Source: Vicinamibacterales bacterium (GTDB lineage: Bacteria > Acidobacteriota > Vicinamibacteria > Vicinamibacterales > JAMQPK01). Taken from it: DNA of 64,000 bases. Shown piece after piece: positions 7,523-17,155 of the stretch. The stretch covers positions 92,240 through 156,239 of the forward strand of contig CAWKKU010000006.1 of NCBI GenBank assembly GCA_963850295.1, written 5' to 3'. A program made the translations under genes and the position numbers. Numbering within the stretch: position 1 is the first letter of the stretch; the number at the start of each line of letters is the position of its first letter. The notes under the pieces were generated by a model, which was given only the letters and a program-made list of their open reading frames with translations, searched no databases and was not told where the DNA came from.

Positions 7523-9196
7523 ATGAGACAGTACACACCAAATACTGAAGTCGATTTCGTCGTCATTGGATCTGGCGCGGCCGGCGGCATCATGGCCAAG
7601 CAGCTTTCGCAGGCCGGGTTCTCCGTCGTCGTCCTCGAGCAGGGCGGCTGGGGCAAATACGGCCGGGACAGCGAATACACGAAGGACGAGTGGCTGAATC
7701 GAAACCTCGCGCTTGAAGATCGCCTGATGAGCGATCCCTCGCGTCAGCGCAATACCTTCCGCCGCAACGACAAGGAAAAGGCGGTTCCTGGGACTCACAG
7801 CTACGGAATGGTCGTCGGAGGCGGTACCGTTACCTATGGCGGCAGCAGCTGGCGGCATCTTCCCTACGAGTTCAACGAACTGACCAGCGATCCCACAATC
7901 CCGTCGGGGACCGGCATGGCGGACTGGCCGCTTACCTACGAAGAGCTGGAGCCGTACTACGTGCAGGCGGAATGGGAGATGGGGATTTCCGGCGCCCGCG
8001 TCAATTCGCCGTTCGTCGCGCCGATGTCGAAGGACTACCCGGTTCCACCGGTTCCGCTGAAGAGTTCGGGCGCCTTGTTCAACGTCGCAGCCAAGAAGCT
8101 GGGACTCACCGTCGTGCCCGGGCCGCTGGCCATCATCACCCGGCCGTATATGGGCCGCGCGGCATGCGTGAACTGCGGCATCTGCTCCGGGTACGGCTGC
8201 CACGTGCGTGCGCGGTCGAGCTCGGCGGTCACCGTGATTCCGATCGCGCAGAAGACGGGCCGCTGCGAGGTTCGCGCGAACAGCTATGTGCGCGAAATCT
8301 CGGTCAACGACGCCGGACGCGTGACCGGAGTCGTGTATTTCGACGGGCAGAAACGCGAAATTCAGCAGCGCGCGAAAGCGGTCGTGCTTTCGGCCAACGG
8401 GACCGAGTCGGCGCGTCTGCTTCTGCTCTCGAAGTCGGCGAAGTTCCCGGACGGACTGGCCAACAGCAACGGTGTGGTCGGCAAGTACCTGATGCTCGGC
8501 AACGGCGCCGGCGCAAGCGGCTTGTTCGAACGGCCACTCAACGAATACAAGGGCGTCATCTCCGGCGCCGGCATCGTGGACTATGTGCCGTCGGATCCGA
8601 AGCGCGGGTTCTACGGCGGCGGGCGCCTCACCGCGCGCGGATACGAAACGCCCCTGGGGCTCGGCCTCAACGGGCTGTCGCCCAGCGCGCCGCGCTGGGG
8701 CGCGGGCTACAAGAAAGCGCTGCGCGAAGAGGCGAATCACAAAATGACCATCACCTGCTTCACGACGCAGATGCCGCTCGAGACCAATCGCGTGGATCTC
8801 GATCCGGAATTGAAGGACGAATGGGGTCTGCCGGCCATGCGCATCACGTCGACCAGTCACCCCGACGACATGAAGTGCGCGAATTTCTTCCATCAGAAGT
8901 CGATCGAGATTCTGAAGGCCGCGGGCGCGACCCAGGTGTGGTCGAGTCCGCCCAATGACAGCCGCGGCGGCGCGCACAATCGCGGCAGCTGCCGTATGGG
9001 CAACGATCCGAAAACCTCGGTGGTCGACAAATATCACCGCGCCCACGATGTTCCGAACCTGTTCGTCATCGATGGGAGCAACCTCGTCACCGGCGGACGG
9101 AACCACCCGACGATGACGATTCAGGCGCTGGCCTATCGGGCCGCGGAGCATTTGATCAAGAACGCGAAGACCGGGATACTTCGCACCCGAGCCTAG
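7523..9196 (+). CDS. GMC family FAD-dependent oxidoreductase
   Basis: 557 aa. FAD fold DFVVIGSGAAGG. C-terminal GMC motifs GSCRMGNDP and NLFVIDGS. Confidence 0.85.
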   Translation: MRQYTPNTEVDFVVIGSGAAGGIMAKQLSQAGFSVVVLEQGGWGKYGRDSEYTKDEWLNRNLALEDRLMSDPSRQRNTFRRNDKEKAVPGTHSYGMVVGGGTVTYGGSSWRHLPYEFNELTSDPTIPSGTGMADWPLTYEELEPYYVQAEWEMGISGARVNSPFVAPMSKDYPVPPVPLKSSGALFNVAAKKLGLTVVPGPLAIITRPYMGRAACVNCGICSGYGCHVRARSSSAVTVIPIAQKTGRCEVRANSYVREISVNDAGRVTGVVYFDGQKREIQQRAKAVVLSANGTESARLLLLSKSAKFPDGLANSNGVVGKYLMLGNGAGASGLFERPLNEYKGVISGAGIVDYVPSDPKRGFYGGGRLTARGYETPLGLGLNGLSPSAPRWGAGYKKALREEANHKMTITCFTTQMPLETNRVDLDPELKDEWGLPAMRITSTSHPDDMKCANFFHQKSIEILKAAGATQVWSSPPNDSRGGAHNRGSCRMGNDPKTSVVDKYHRAHDVPNLFVIDGSNLVTGGRNHPTMTIQALAYRAAEHLIKNAKTGILRTRA

Positions 9197-9210
9197 GTCC
9201 AAACGCAAAA

Positions 9211-9274
9211 CAGGAGGTTAGGAGATTAGGAGAATTCTTTTTCAAAGACAAACTCCTAAACTCCTAAACTCCTG
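9211..9274 (+). terminator. long hairpin built from CTCCTAA-type repeats
   Basis: Left arm caggaggttaggagattaggag (9211-9232) pairs with right arm ctcctaaactcctaaactcctg (9253-9274) with two mismatches. Directly after the GMC stop (9194-9196). Confidence 0.5.
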
Positions 9275-9281
9275 CCAGCAT

Positions 9282-10118
9282 TTGCCTCCTCTGGTTACAC
9301 GGTTTGCGCCTGCCCCGACGGGTTACCTCCACCTCGGCCACGTTCTCAACGCCATTTACGTCTGGGACATCGCTCGGGCGAGCGGTCCGGATGCGCGCGT
9401 TCTGTTGCGCATCGAAGATCACGATCGCACGCGAAGCCGTCCCGAGTTCGAAGCCGCGCTGCTTGAAGACCTCCACTGGCTCGGATTTTCGCCTGACGGC
9501 GATATTACGCGACAGAGCGAGCGGGACGAGCTGTATGCTCGAGCGCTCGATCGTCTGCACCAGCGCGGGCTGACATACGGGTGCGAGTGCTCGCGCTCCG
9601 AGATTGGTGCAGACCGTTATCCCGGAACGTGCGCCGCCAGAGGACTCGACTTGTCGAGTGGATTGGGCGTTCGCGTGAGGCTGGACGATCGCGTCGAACG
9701 CTTCGACGATCTCCGTCTCGGCCTTCAGGAACAGCAACCGTCGGCGCAATGCGGAGATCTGCTCGTGCGCGATCGCCTTGGCAACTGGACCTATCAGTTC
9801 GCGGTTGTAGTGGACGACTGGCTGCAGGGCGTGAATCTGGTGATTCGTGGAGAAGACCTGCTCGACTCGACAGGGAGGCAGATGCAACTCGCGCGGCTGC
9901 TGGGCCGCGGCGTTCCACCGCGGTTCCTCCACCACGAGCTCCTGATGAAAACGGCGACGCAGAAGCTCAGCAAGTCAGACGGTGATACAGGCGTCCGGGA
10001 CCTGCGCGCGAAAGGATGGAGTGCCGATGCGGTAATCGATCGCGCGGCCAGCCTCGCCGGCTTCTCGCGCGATCACATGAATCAGCGGGTCCGCCAGTAT
10101 TTTTCCTCGATGTCCTGA
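9282..10118 (+). CDS. gluQ: glutamyl-Q tRNA(Asp) synthetase
   Basis: TTG start. RFAPAPTGYLHLGH (HIGH-type), RIEDHD, YQFAVVVDD, VIRGEDL and KLSKSD (KMSKS-type). About 278 aa, lacking an anticodon-binding domain, as in YadB/GluQRS. Confidence 0.8.
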   Translation: MPPLVTRFAPAPTGYLHLGHVLNAIYVWDIARASGPDARVLLRIEDHDRTRSRPEFEAALLEDLHWLGFSPDGDITRQSERDELYARALDRLHQRGLTYGCECSRSEIGADRYPGTCAARGLDLSSGLGVRVRLDDRVERFDDLRLGLQEQQPSAQCGDLLVRDRLGNWTYQFAVVVDDWLQGVNLVIRGEDLLDSTGRQMQLARLLGRGVPPRFLHHELLMKTATQKLSKSDGDTGVRDLRAKGWSADAVIDRAASLAGFSRDHMNQRVRQYFSSMS

Positions 10119-10474
10119 ATCTCTTCTTCGCTGAGGCCGAAGTAGTGTCCGAATTCGTGGATCACCGTCTCGGCCACGCATAGCCTGACGTCGTCATCGT
10201 CTTCGCAGGCGTCCTCGATTGGGAGCTGATAGATCGAAATGCGATCGGGCAGGGTATTTCCGTAGGAGAATGCCCGCTCCGTAAGGGGCGTACCCTGGTA
10301 GAGGCCGAACAACGTGTCGTCGGGGTCCATGTCCAGCTCTTCCAGAAGCTCCGGCGGCGGCTCGTCTTCGACGACGACGGCAACGTTCTTCATGGCGTCG
10401 CGGAAACGCTGCGGAATGTCCCTCAGCACGTCCTCGACGAGGGCAGTGAACCGTTCCCTGGTCATTTCACGCAT
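10082..10474 (-). CDS. metallopeptidase family protein (minimal HExxH, DUF1025-like)
   Basis: 130 aa, acidic. ETVIHEFGHYFGLSEEE carries HExxH. The 3' end overlaps gluQ convergently by 37 nt. Confidence 0.7.
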   Translation of the reverse strand: MREMTRERFTALVEDVLRDIPQRFRDAMKNVAVVVEDEPPPELLEELDMDPDDTLFGLYQGTPLTERAFSYGNTLPDRISIYQLPIEDACEDDDDVRLCVAETVIHEFGHYFGLSEEEIQDIEEKYWRTR

Positions 10475-10482
10475 ATCTTATT

Positions 10483-11259
10483 GTGCGAACCGTAGTCGTC
10501 GTCTACTTCGGCTATCTGATGGCGCTGGCGCTGATACTCAATGCGCCGGTCGGCCGGCGGCTGCGCGTCGTCAGCCTGTCCGGCATGATGGCCGCGGCCG
10601 CCATGATTGCCGGAATGCCGCACGTCATGCCGCTGGTGTATCTGCTGGTGGGCTACTGGCTGCCCGCGTCGCTGGTGACCGCTCCAAGCCCGCGCGTCGA
10701 GGGGTGGCTGCTGAGCTTCGACCGTCGGCTGTTCGGGCGAGTTCGGGATCGCGTCGTTCGTTCGCGGCGCGCCGCGGGCCGTCCTGGAATATCTCGAGCT
10801 GTCGTATCTGTTGTGTTACGCGGTGCCCCTCGCCGGCTACTTCTGGCTGCTGACGGGCGGCTTCGAGGCCGAGATGGGCCGATTCTGGACGACGGTTCTT
10901 CTCGCGTCCTTCCTTTGTTACGGAGTTGCTTCCGTGGATGCCGAGCCGCGCTCCCCGCGCAATCGAGCCAGCGGGAACCGCGTCACGTTCGGTGGTGAGG
11001 CGGGTGAATCTGGCGGTCCTCGGTCGCGCCAGCGTGCAATGGAACACCTTTCCCAGCGGGCACACGGCAGCGTCGCTGGCGACCGCCATGGCCGTCGGGG
11101 TCCACATGCCGATTGCCGGCGCCGTTCTCGGAGCTGGTTGCCGTGAGCATTGCGACCGGCAGCGTCGTCGGCCGCTATCACTACGCGGCCGATGCGGTCG
11201 CCGGTGCCGTGGTCGCTGTGTTCGCGTTCGTTATGGCCAGCGCCGCGCTCTGGCAGTGA
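10483..11259 (+). CDS. PAP2 family phosphatase, membrane, split over four frame segments
   Basis: GTG 10483. TM-rich. PSGHTAAS (10926 frame) and GRYHYAADAVAG (final frame, stop 11257-11259) are the PAP2 C2/C3 motifs. Three frame changes between about 10740 and 11140. Confidence 0.6.
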
Positions 11260-12089
11260 GGTCCGGCCGCTTGACGGAGATCTCGAGCGTCTTCGGCGGT
11301 ATCAGCTTTTGCGGCCGCGCATATACGACCGCGTACTGACTGTCGATTTCGGCGCCGAGCGACTGCAGCCTCTGCGCGAGGCTCATCGGTGTAAGCAGAT
11401 CTTCCCGGCGTCCGCCGGTCATCTGCGTGCCATTCGCGAACGTCATCTGCAGTTCCTGCTCTTCGCGATCTCTGACGCCGATTCCCGGCCGGTTCATCGG
11501 CAGCGCGTGAAACGTTACGCCGGTGTCGCGAAGCACGTCCACCACTCCTTGACTATGCCGCTCGCTGAACTCGGGGCCGCGTGCCGCATACACGATGAGG
11601 TGAGGGCGCGACAGCCTTCCGTTTCTGCAGCTTCCTGGCTTCGTCGACGATCGCGTCGAGGATGTACGTGCCGCTCCCGGTCTTGGCGAAAATCGTTCCG
11701 ATGCCCTTCTCGAGACGCGCCACATCGCGCGTGTAGTCGACGATCATCATCGGGCGCTCGCCGAACCCAACCAGAGAGATCTCGTGCTTGCCGGCCATCT
11801 GCTTGACGAAGTCGCGCAGGGCGGTGCGGATGTCGGTGATTTGTTCCTCGATCGCCTGACTTGTGTCGATGAGCAGCGCGATTTGGGCGGGCTGGGTAGC
11901 GGGCGATGCGCGCAGCACTTCGCGCGCGATGTCGTCTTCGCGCACGATGAAGTCGCTCGCGGTGAGGCCGGTTGCCGGCGCGTCCTTCTTGTCGAGGACG
12001 CTTACGTAGGCGGTTCTTTCGCTCGACTGCGCCCAGGCCGACTGCGCGGGGACGAGAAGAAGGAGCGAGACAATTGCCAATGCGCGCAT
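11231..12089 (-). CDS. VWFA domain protein (acidobacterial TIGR03436-like), one frameshift
   Basis: RBS GGAGG precedes ATG 12089. Signal peptide MRALAIVSLLLLVPAQSAWA. ALLIDTSQ (MIDAS-like). Frame change near 11620. Clear paralog of 13682-14552. Confidence 0.7.
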
Positions 12090-12112
12090 TGAGGCCTCCA
12101 ATAAGCCGCGGC

Positions 12113-12130
12113 GCAGGACTTCAGTCCTGC
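12113..12130. terminator. palindromic hairpin GCAGGAC-TTCA-GTCCTGC
   Basis: Overlaps the mug stop codon. The 16-mer CAGGACTTCAGTCCTG recurs at 34613-34628. Confidence 0.45.
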
Positions 12131-12651
12131 CCTTGTACGCGTTCCAGTCTACGACGGAGCTTCCGAAATGCGGCCAGCATTTCCGGATATGAGAAATTCG
12201 CGTTGCGGCCGCTCGGATTAGGCAGCACGAACACCTCCGCGCCCTCGAACGTCTCGCGCTGCGGACCCAGGCGGACCGCGCCTTTGGTGTCGAACACCCA
12301 CCGATAGAGCGACACGCCGACAAAGGCAACAACGGCGGGTTTGAACCGGCGAACCTTCGCGCGCAGCACGTTCACCCCCGCCAGACATTCGTGCTTCGTC
12401 AGCGTGTCGATGCCCGGCGTCTCACGCGCGACGAGATTCGTGATGCCGAAGCCCCACTCCGGCAGCCTGTCGTCATCCCGCCAGTCGATAGGCTCGGGCA
12501 CCAGTTTCGAGTCGACCAGCAGCTTCCAGAAACGATTGGAGTAGCCCGCGAAATGGTGCCCTGTCTGGGCTGACCGGATCCCGGGATTGATGCCGACGAA
12601 CAGCACGCGGACGCCTGGCGCGATGCGATCGCGCAGTCCTCTCCCGGGCAC
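12121..12651 (-). CDS. mug: G/U mismatch-specific DNA glycosylase (Mug/TDG family)
   Basis: GTG 12651 directly abuts the upstream stop. VLFVGINPG, HHFAGYSNRFW and PNPSGRN are Mug/TDG signature motifs. About 176 aa. Confidence 0.75.
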   Translation of the reverse strand: MPGRGLRDRIAPGVRVLFVGINPGIRSAQTGHHFAGYSNRFWKLLVDSKLVPEPIDWRDDDRLPEWGFGITNLVARETPGIDTLTKHECLAGVNVLRAKVRRFKPAVVAFVGVSLYRWVFDTKGAVRLGPQRETFEGAEVFVLPNPSGRNANFSYPEMLAAFRKLRRRLERVQGQD

Positions 12652-12652
12652 A

Positions 12653-13672
12653 TCACATCTGCGCGGCCCGCAGCTTGGCAGCGGTCGCGCAGTTCTGCAC
12701 GACGGTGAAATAGCGGGCGATGCCCTCTCTGCCGACGTCGAACGGATTTGATTGCCCCGGCGTCCGATTGGCCGCCGTATGAGCCTTGTAGTAGCCGTTG
12801 TCGAATTCCGTGTGGTTCGACAGCAGGATCGTGGCGCCGTACTCGGCGGCGGCCTTGGCGAATTTCTGAGAAGATGCGATGTACTGGTCGTAGTAGGCCG
12901 GCGTGCCGTTGAAGGGGATGGCCGTGCCCCCGACATAGGCAACGCGCAGCGGCTTGCCGTTGTCTTTCACCTCGAAGAGGTAGGACAGCGTGCCCGCCGT
13001 ATGTCCCGGCATCGTCACTATCTGGATCGAGGCATCGCCGACCGACAGCTTCAAGCCGTCGGTGGCCACCATGTCGCGCTTCGGTTTGCCGCCCGGGCGG
13101 TCCGCTGTTTTCTCGATGGCATCCCAATCGGCGGCACCATAGACGAGACGCACTCCGGGAATCGAGTCCTGGAGATACGCAGCGCCGCCGTCGTGATCGC
13201 CGTGCGCATGCGACATCACGGCGTATTTGACCTTGTTGATGTCGAGGCCAAGCTTCTTGAACCCGCCGGTGACCTGATCGGCCACGGCGTAGTGATACAG
13301 CGCCTCGATCAGAATGATTCCGTCGCTGCCGACGAGCGCCCACGAATGGTGGACCTTGGTGCCGACGAAATACAGGTTGTCGGCGACCTTCGCCGGTTCC
13401 GCATACCATCGCTCACGAGGTGGCGCGGCGGGCGCCGTCCCGGCTGCCGACGCGCCCCTGGCCGGTCCACCGCCGCGCGCTGAGCCGGCAGGCGGCGCAA
13501 TGCACAGGCGCATGAATGTTCCCGACCAATCGGTTCCGGCGGCCACTTTGGCGGCCGACACGAGACCATCGATCGAGGCCGGAGTTTGTTGCGCGGAGAT
13601 GATGGTCATGCCTGCCGCGACGATCAATGCGGCACCGATCCCGAATGCACCAAGCTTCATTTGAGCCTCCAT
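12653..13672 (-). CDS. MBL-fold metallo-hydrolase, secreted
   Basis: Signal peptide. HAHGDHDGG zinc motif and PGHTAGT. Paralog at 40745-41757. Confidence 0.8.
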   Translation of the reverse strand: MEAQMKLGAFGIGAALIVAAGMTIISAQQTPASIDGLVSAAKVAAGTDWSGTFMRLCIAPPAGSARGGGPARGASAAGTAPAAPPRERWYAEPAKVADNLYFVGTKVHHSWALVGSDGIILIEALYHYAVADQVTGGFKKLGLDINKVKYAVMSHAHGDHDGGAAYLQDSIPGVRLVYGAADWDAIEKTADRPGGKPKRDMVATDGLKLSVGDASIQIVTMPGHTAGTLSYLFEVKDNGKPLRVAYVGGTAIPFNGTPAYYDQYIASSQKFAKAAAEYGATILLSNHTEFDNGYYKAHTAANRTPGQSNPFDVGREGIARYFTVVQNCATAAKLRAAQM

Positions 13673-13681
13673 GGCGATTCC

Positions 13682-14552
13682 TTAGAAGATGCGTGGCGCA
13701 CGCACGACCACGTCGGGCTTGCGGACGCCCACTTGCAGCGTTTTGGGCGGCACCAACATCTTCGGCCGCGCGTAGACGACCTGGTATTGATGGTTCAGCT
13801 CGAGCGCCAGCGATTGCAGGCGCGGCGTCATCGCCATTGCCGAGAGAAGATCCTCGCGCCGTCCGCCCGTCAGGTTGGTCCCCCTTGCGAGCGTCAGCTC
13901 GACTTCCTGCGCTGCGGCATCGGTGGGCGACACACCTTCTTTCATCAACACGTACGAATGCATCGGCGCGCCGCTTTCCAGCACGTAGTCGAGGACGGTC
14001 TGGTAGCCGATTTCGCTGAACTCGGGGCCCTGCGCGGTGATGATGACCATGACGCGGCGCAACTCGCGCCGCTTTCTCATCGCCCGAGACGTGTCGATGA
14101 TCGCCGACAGCAGGTACGATCCGGTGCCCGGCTTCGCGACCAGCCGGGTGACGCCGGCTTCGAGCCGCTTGAGATCGCGCGTGTAATCCACGAGAACAGT
14201 CGGGGGGCCTCCAAATGCCAATCAATGCGACCTCGTGACGGCGGTCGATATCGTTGATGAGCCGGCGCACACTCTGCCGCATGTCGACCATGTCGTAGCG
14301 CATTTCCTGGCTGGTGTCGACGAGGACGGCGACGCGGAGCGAATCGGTCGCCGGCGCCGCTCGAAGCACCTCGCGGGCGACGCCATTTTCGCGCACGACG
14401 AAATCGGCCGCTGTGAGTCCCTGCACCGGCGTGCCGGTGCGGTCCACGACGCTGGTGAACACGGTCCATTCGTCGGCCTGCGCCCGCAGAGGAGCGGGAC
14501 CGCCGGCGAACATCAGGACGACACTGAGCAGGGTGATTGCGGCAGCGGGCAT
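13682..14552 (-). CDS. VWFA domain protein (TIGR03436-like), one frameshift
   Basis: ATG 14552 follows GGTGGAGGGG. Signal peptide. VLVDTSQ. Frame change near 14222. C-terminal half (13682-14221 ORF) is collinear with VWA paralog 11231-12089. Confidence 0.7.
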
Positions 14553-14558
14553 AAGCCC

Positions 14559-14597
14559 CTCCACCGGGTAAGGCTATTACACCTCGCCCCGGTGGAG
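14559..14597 (-). terminator. 10-bp-stem hairpin after tadG-like gene
   Basis: CTCCACCGGG (14559-14568) pairs with CCCGGTGGAG (14588-14597) around a 19-nt loop. It lies between the tadG-like stop (14613) and the VWA start and includes the VWA RBS. Confidence 0.4.
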
Positions 14598-14612
14598 AAG
14601 CTTTAGTGCGGG

Positions 14613-16051
14613 TTATTTGCTCAAGCGGATGATCTGATTCTGCAGCGCCTGGAACGCCGGCGCCACGTCGTCCGGCGTCTGGGCGTAGTAGTACTTGCCT
14701 TCGAGCTGGTCGGCGTTGAAATCGGGCGACGTCGCGTCGTTCGCGATCCGTTTCAGGATGTCTTCCGATTTTTCCGGCCGCGTGCCGAGGTCATAGCGGA
14801 CCAGCTCGCCCATGCCGAGCGTGTAAATCCGGATCTGGTAATCGCCGTTGTCGTTGCGCGCTTCGTTGGCGATGATCTCGACGAGGTTGCGCGCGGCGTT
14901 ATTGATGTTCCACACCTCTGCCGGGAACTTGCCTTGTGCGGCGTTGTAGTTCCGCAAAGCCCGCCGGACGTTCTGCGGCTGACCATCGACTTTCAGCAGG
15001 TTGGTCTGCAGCGGAAACGCCGTCGGGATGCCATTGCTGCGATGAAAGCCGTGGAAGCTCATCACCGGCAGGAACGGCACCTGAGGAATCGTCTGGGTGG
15101 AGTTCCACGCGGTGGTCAGCGTGTACGACGGGCTCGCCACTCCGGTCTGCGTGTGATACAGGCCGTCGATGTGCGGATTCGCGTGCGTCTGATTGTCGGG
15201 GTCCGCTCCGTTGTCAGGAAAGTCCCAGGTTCGAGCGCCCGCGGCTGGCCCGCGGCGGCAGAGTAGTTGCCGGGCACGCTGTTCGACGCGCCGTCGGTGA
15301 AGAGGACGATGACCCGGAGTCCGGACTGCTGCCCCGCGGGCACGGATCTGACCTCATCCCATCCCCGGTACAGACCTTCGACCATGTTCGTGCTGCCGCC
15401 GGGCAGCGTGCTCGGGATGTCGGACACGACTTTGGTCTTGTTGAAACCACGGGACGACGGCATCGCGTCGAGTACGCTGGCGCCGTTGCCGAAGGTGATG
15501 AGCGAGACGCGGTCGTTGACCTGATCGAACGAGCTGACGAACGTACGGGCGGCGTCGCGCACCGCGCCCCATCGCCAGCCGATGGAGCTCGAGACGTCGA
15601 GCACGAGCGAGAGGTCCACCATTCGCCGGGTGGCCTCGCCTTCGCTGCCGATCACCATGTTGTCGGTTGTGCCGAGCCTCATGAAGGTGGTGGGCAGCGT
15701 CGTCGATGCCTTCACCGTCACGACGTTGGTGCCGCTCTGCGCGTTCACCGCCGAACTGAAGAAGTTGGCGGCGGCCGTCGGATCGATGCTGGGGTCGGTG
15801 CCGAGGTATCCCGCCGGGAAGTTCGCCTTGAACACCTTTTCCGCTTCCGCCCTGGGATTGCCGGTGTTGAGATTGCGCGCTGCCGCAAGCGCTGCCCCGT
15901 CGACGGCTTTCGTCAACTGGGCCTTCACGAGGTACGCGCGGCCGGAGTCGACCGCGAGCCCGGAGAAGAGGAGCAGCGTCGTGATGCCCGCCGCCATGTA
16001 CACCAGGACGAAACCGGACTGGCTCGATCGACGTGAATGTATTCTCTTCAT
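14613..16051 (-). CDS. TadG-like pilus assembly protein with vWA domain, one frameshift
   Basis: ATG 16051. Tad N-terminal motif GFVLVYMAAGITTLLLFSGLAVDSGRAY. vWA MIDAS DLSLVLDVSSS. Frame change near 15240 joins the 15116-16078 and 14613-15140 ORFs (..QPR/ARTWDFPDNGADP..). Confidence 0.7.
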
Positions 16052-16064
16052 GGTCGTGTCCCCT

Positions 16065-16669
16065 CTAAAAGTACGCAATGGAATACAGCGTCTGCGGTAC
16101 CTGGATCCCGAAGTTCGCGAGCGGCGTCAGCGTCGGATGTGTCGTATAGAGCTCCGTGATGTAGAGCGTTCCGCCGAGCGACAGCGTCGTCGGCAGGTTC
16201 GTGACGCGGAGACTGGTGTTGTTGTCGGGGTTTGCCGCCGCGTATTCGGGGCCAGGACCGAACGACGCCGCCCCCTGCGTCTGGATGGCGCTCGACTTCG
16301 ACAGCGGTCCGTAGGAATGACGCTGCGCGAGAACCGCTTTGTTGTAATTCGAGGCGCCAACGGTCGCAATATTGCGGACCACCGAGAAGATCAGTCTCGA
16401 GCCGTTGTCGAGGTCCACCGGGCGCGTGCCCATGGCTTTCATCGCGAGCGTTGCATGGCCGAGCGCCGTATTGCGCGAAATGAGGTTCGACCCCTCGCGG
16501 GTGAGCTTCGTCACCACGTGCTGATCGAGCAGGACGAAGCTGAGCTCGACGACGCCGAGCACCATCACCAGGATAGCGGCAGAACGAGACTGAACTCGAC
16601 GATGGTCTGGCCACGGTCCGGCCGGAGCCGGCCGCGCCGTGATGTCTGGGACGCTGTTTGGTTTGTCAT
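16065..16669 (-). CDS. TadE-like pseudopilin, one frameshift
   Basis: ATG 16669 overlaps the upstream stop (TAATG). GQTIVEFSLVLPL is the TadE N-terminal motif. Frame change near 16567 into ORF 16065-16568. Confidence 0.65.
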
Positions 16670-17155
16670 TAGTCCCACCTGCTTTCGTTCTTCATCGCCG
16701 ATTCCACGCGCACGGTCAGTCTCGCCATTCGTGAGCAGGGGCCTCATGATCGGAGTGAGCGGTTTCCACGTGTATTCGACGGTGACCCGTCCGATGTCGC
16801 CCGGGCCGCCGGCGCCGCCCGTCCAGGACGAGGAGCCGGGCACCATGTGCGTGAAGGTGAAGGTCGCGGCGCTGACGTCGATCACCGGCGTGTTGTCCTG
16901 CATCGCCAGCCTGATCGCCGCTTCGCGGCCGAGAGGCGTGCCGGGATTGTTCGGATCGTCCATGTCGTTGCCGGTGATCGCGAACCGCGTCGCCTGGCTG
17001 ACGCCGTTCTCCAGCGCGAGATACACGTAGAACATCGAGGCGAAGTCCACGAGCCCGAGCGTGAGCACGAGCAGCAGCGGCGTGACGATCGCCGCTTCGA
17101 TCAGGTTGCTTCCACCGCAGTCGCGCAGGAACCTTCTCAGGCGCTTCATAGGCAT
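16669..17155 (-). CDS. TadE-like pseudopilin, one frameshift
   Basis: ATG 17155 overlaps the AAA+ stop (TGATG). GSNLIEAAIVTPLLLVLTLGLVDF is the TadE motif. A frame change near 16727 restores the ending ..LTVRVESAMKNESRWD with TAA at 16669-16671. Confidence 0.65.

Noticed and set aside
7487-9208. 573-aa minus-strand ORF covering the whole GMC oxidoreductase gene
   Set aside because: It is an antisense shadow ORF typical of high-GC DNA. Its composition is Arg/Ala/Gly/His-rich with no recognisable motifs, whereas the plus-strand frame carries clear GMC/FAD motifs.
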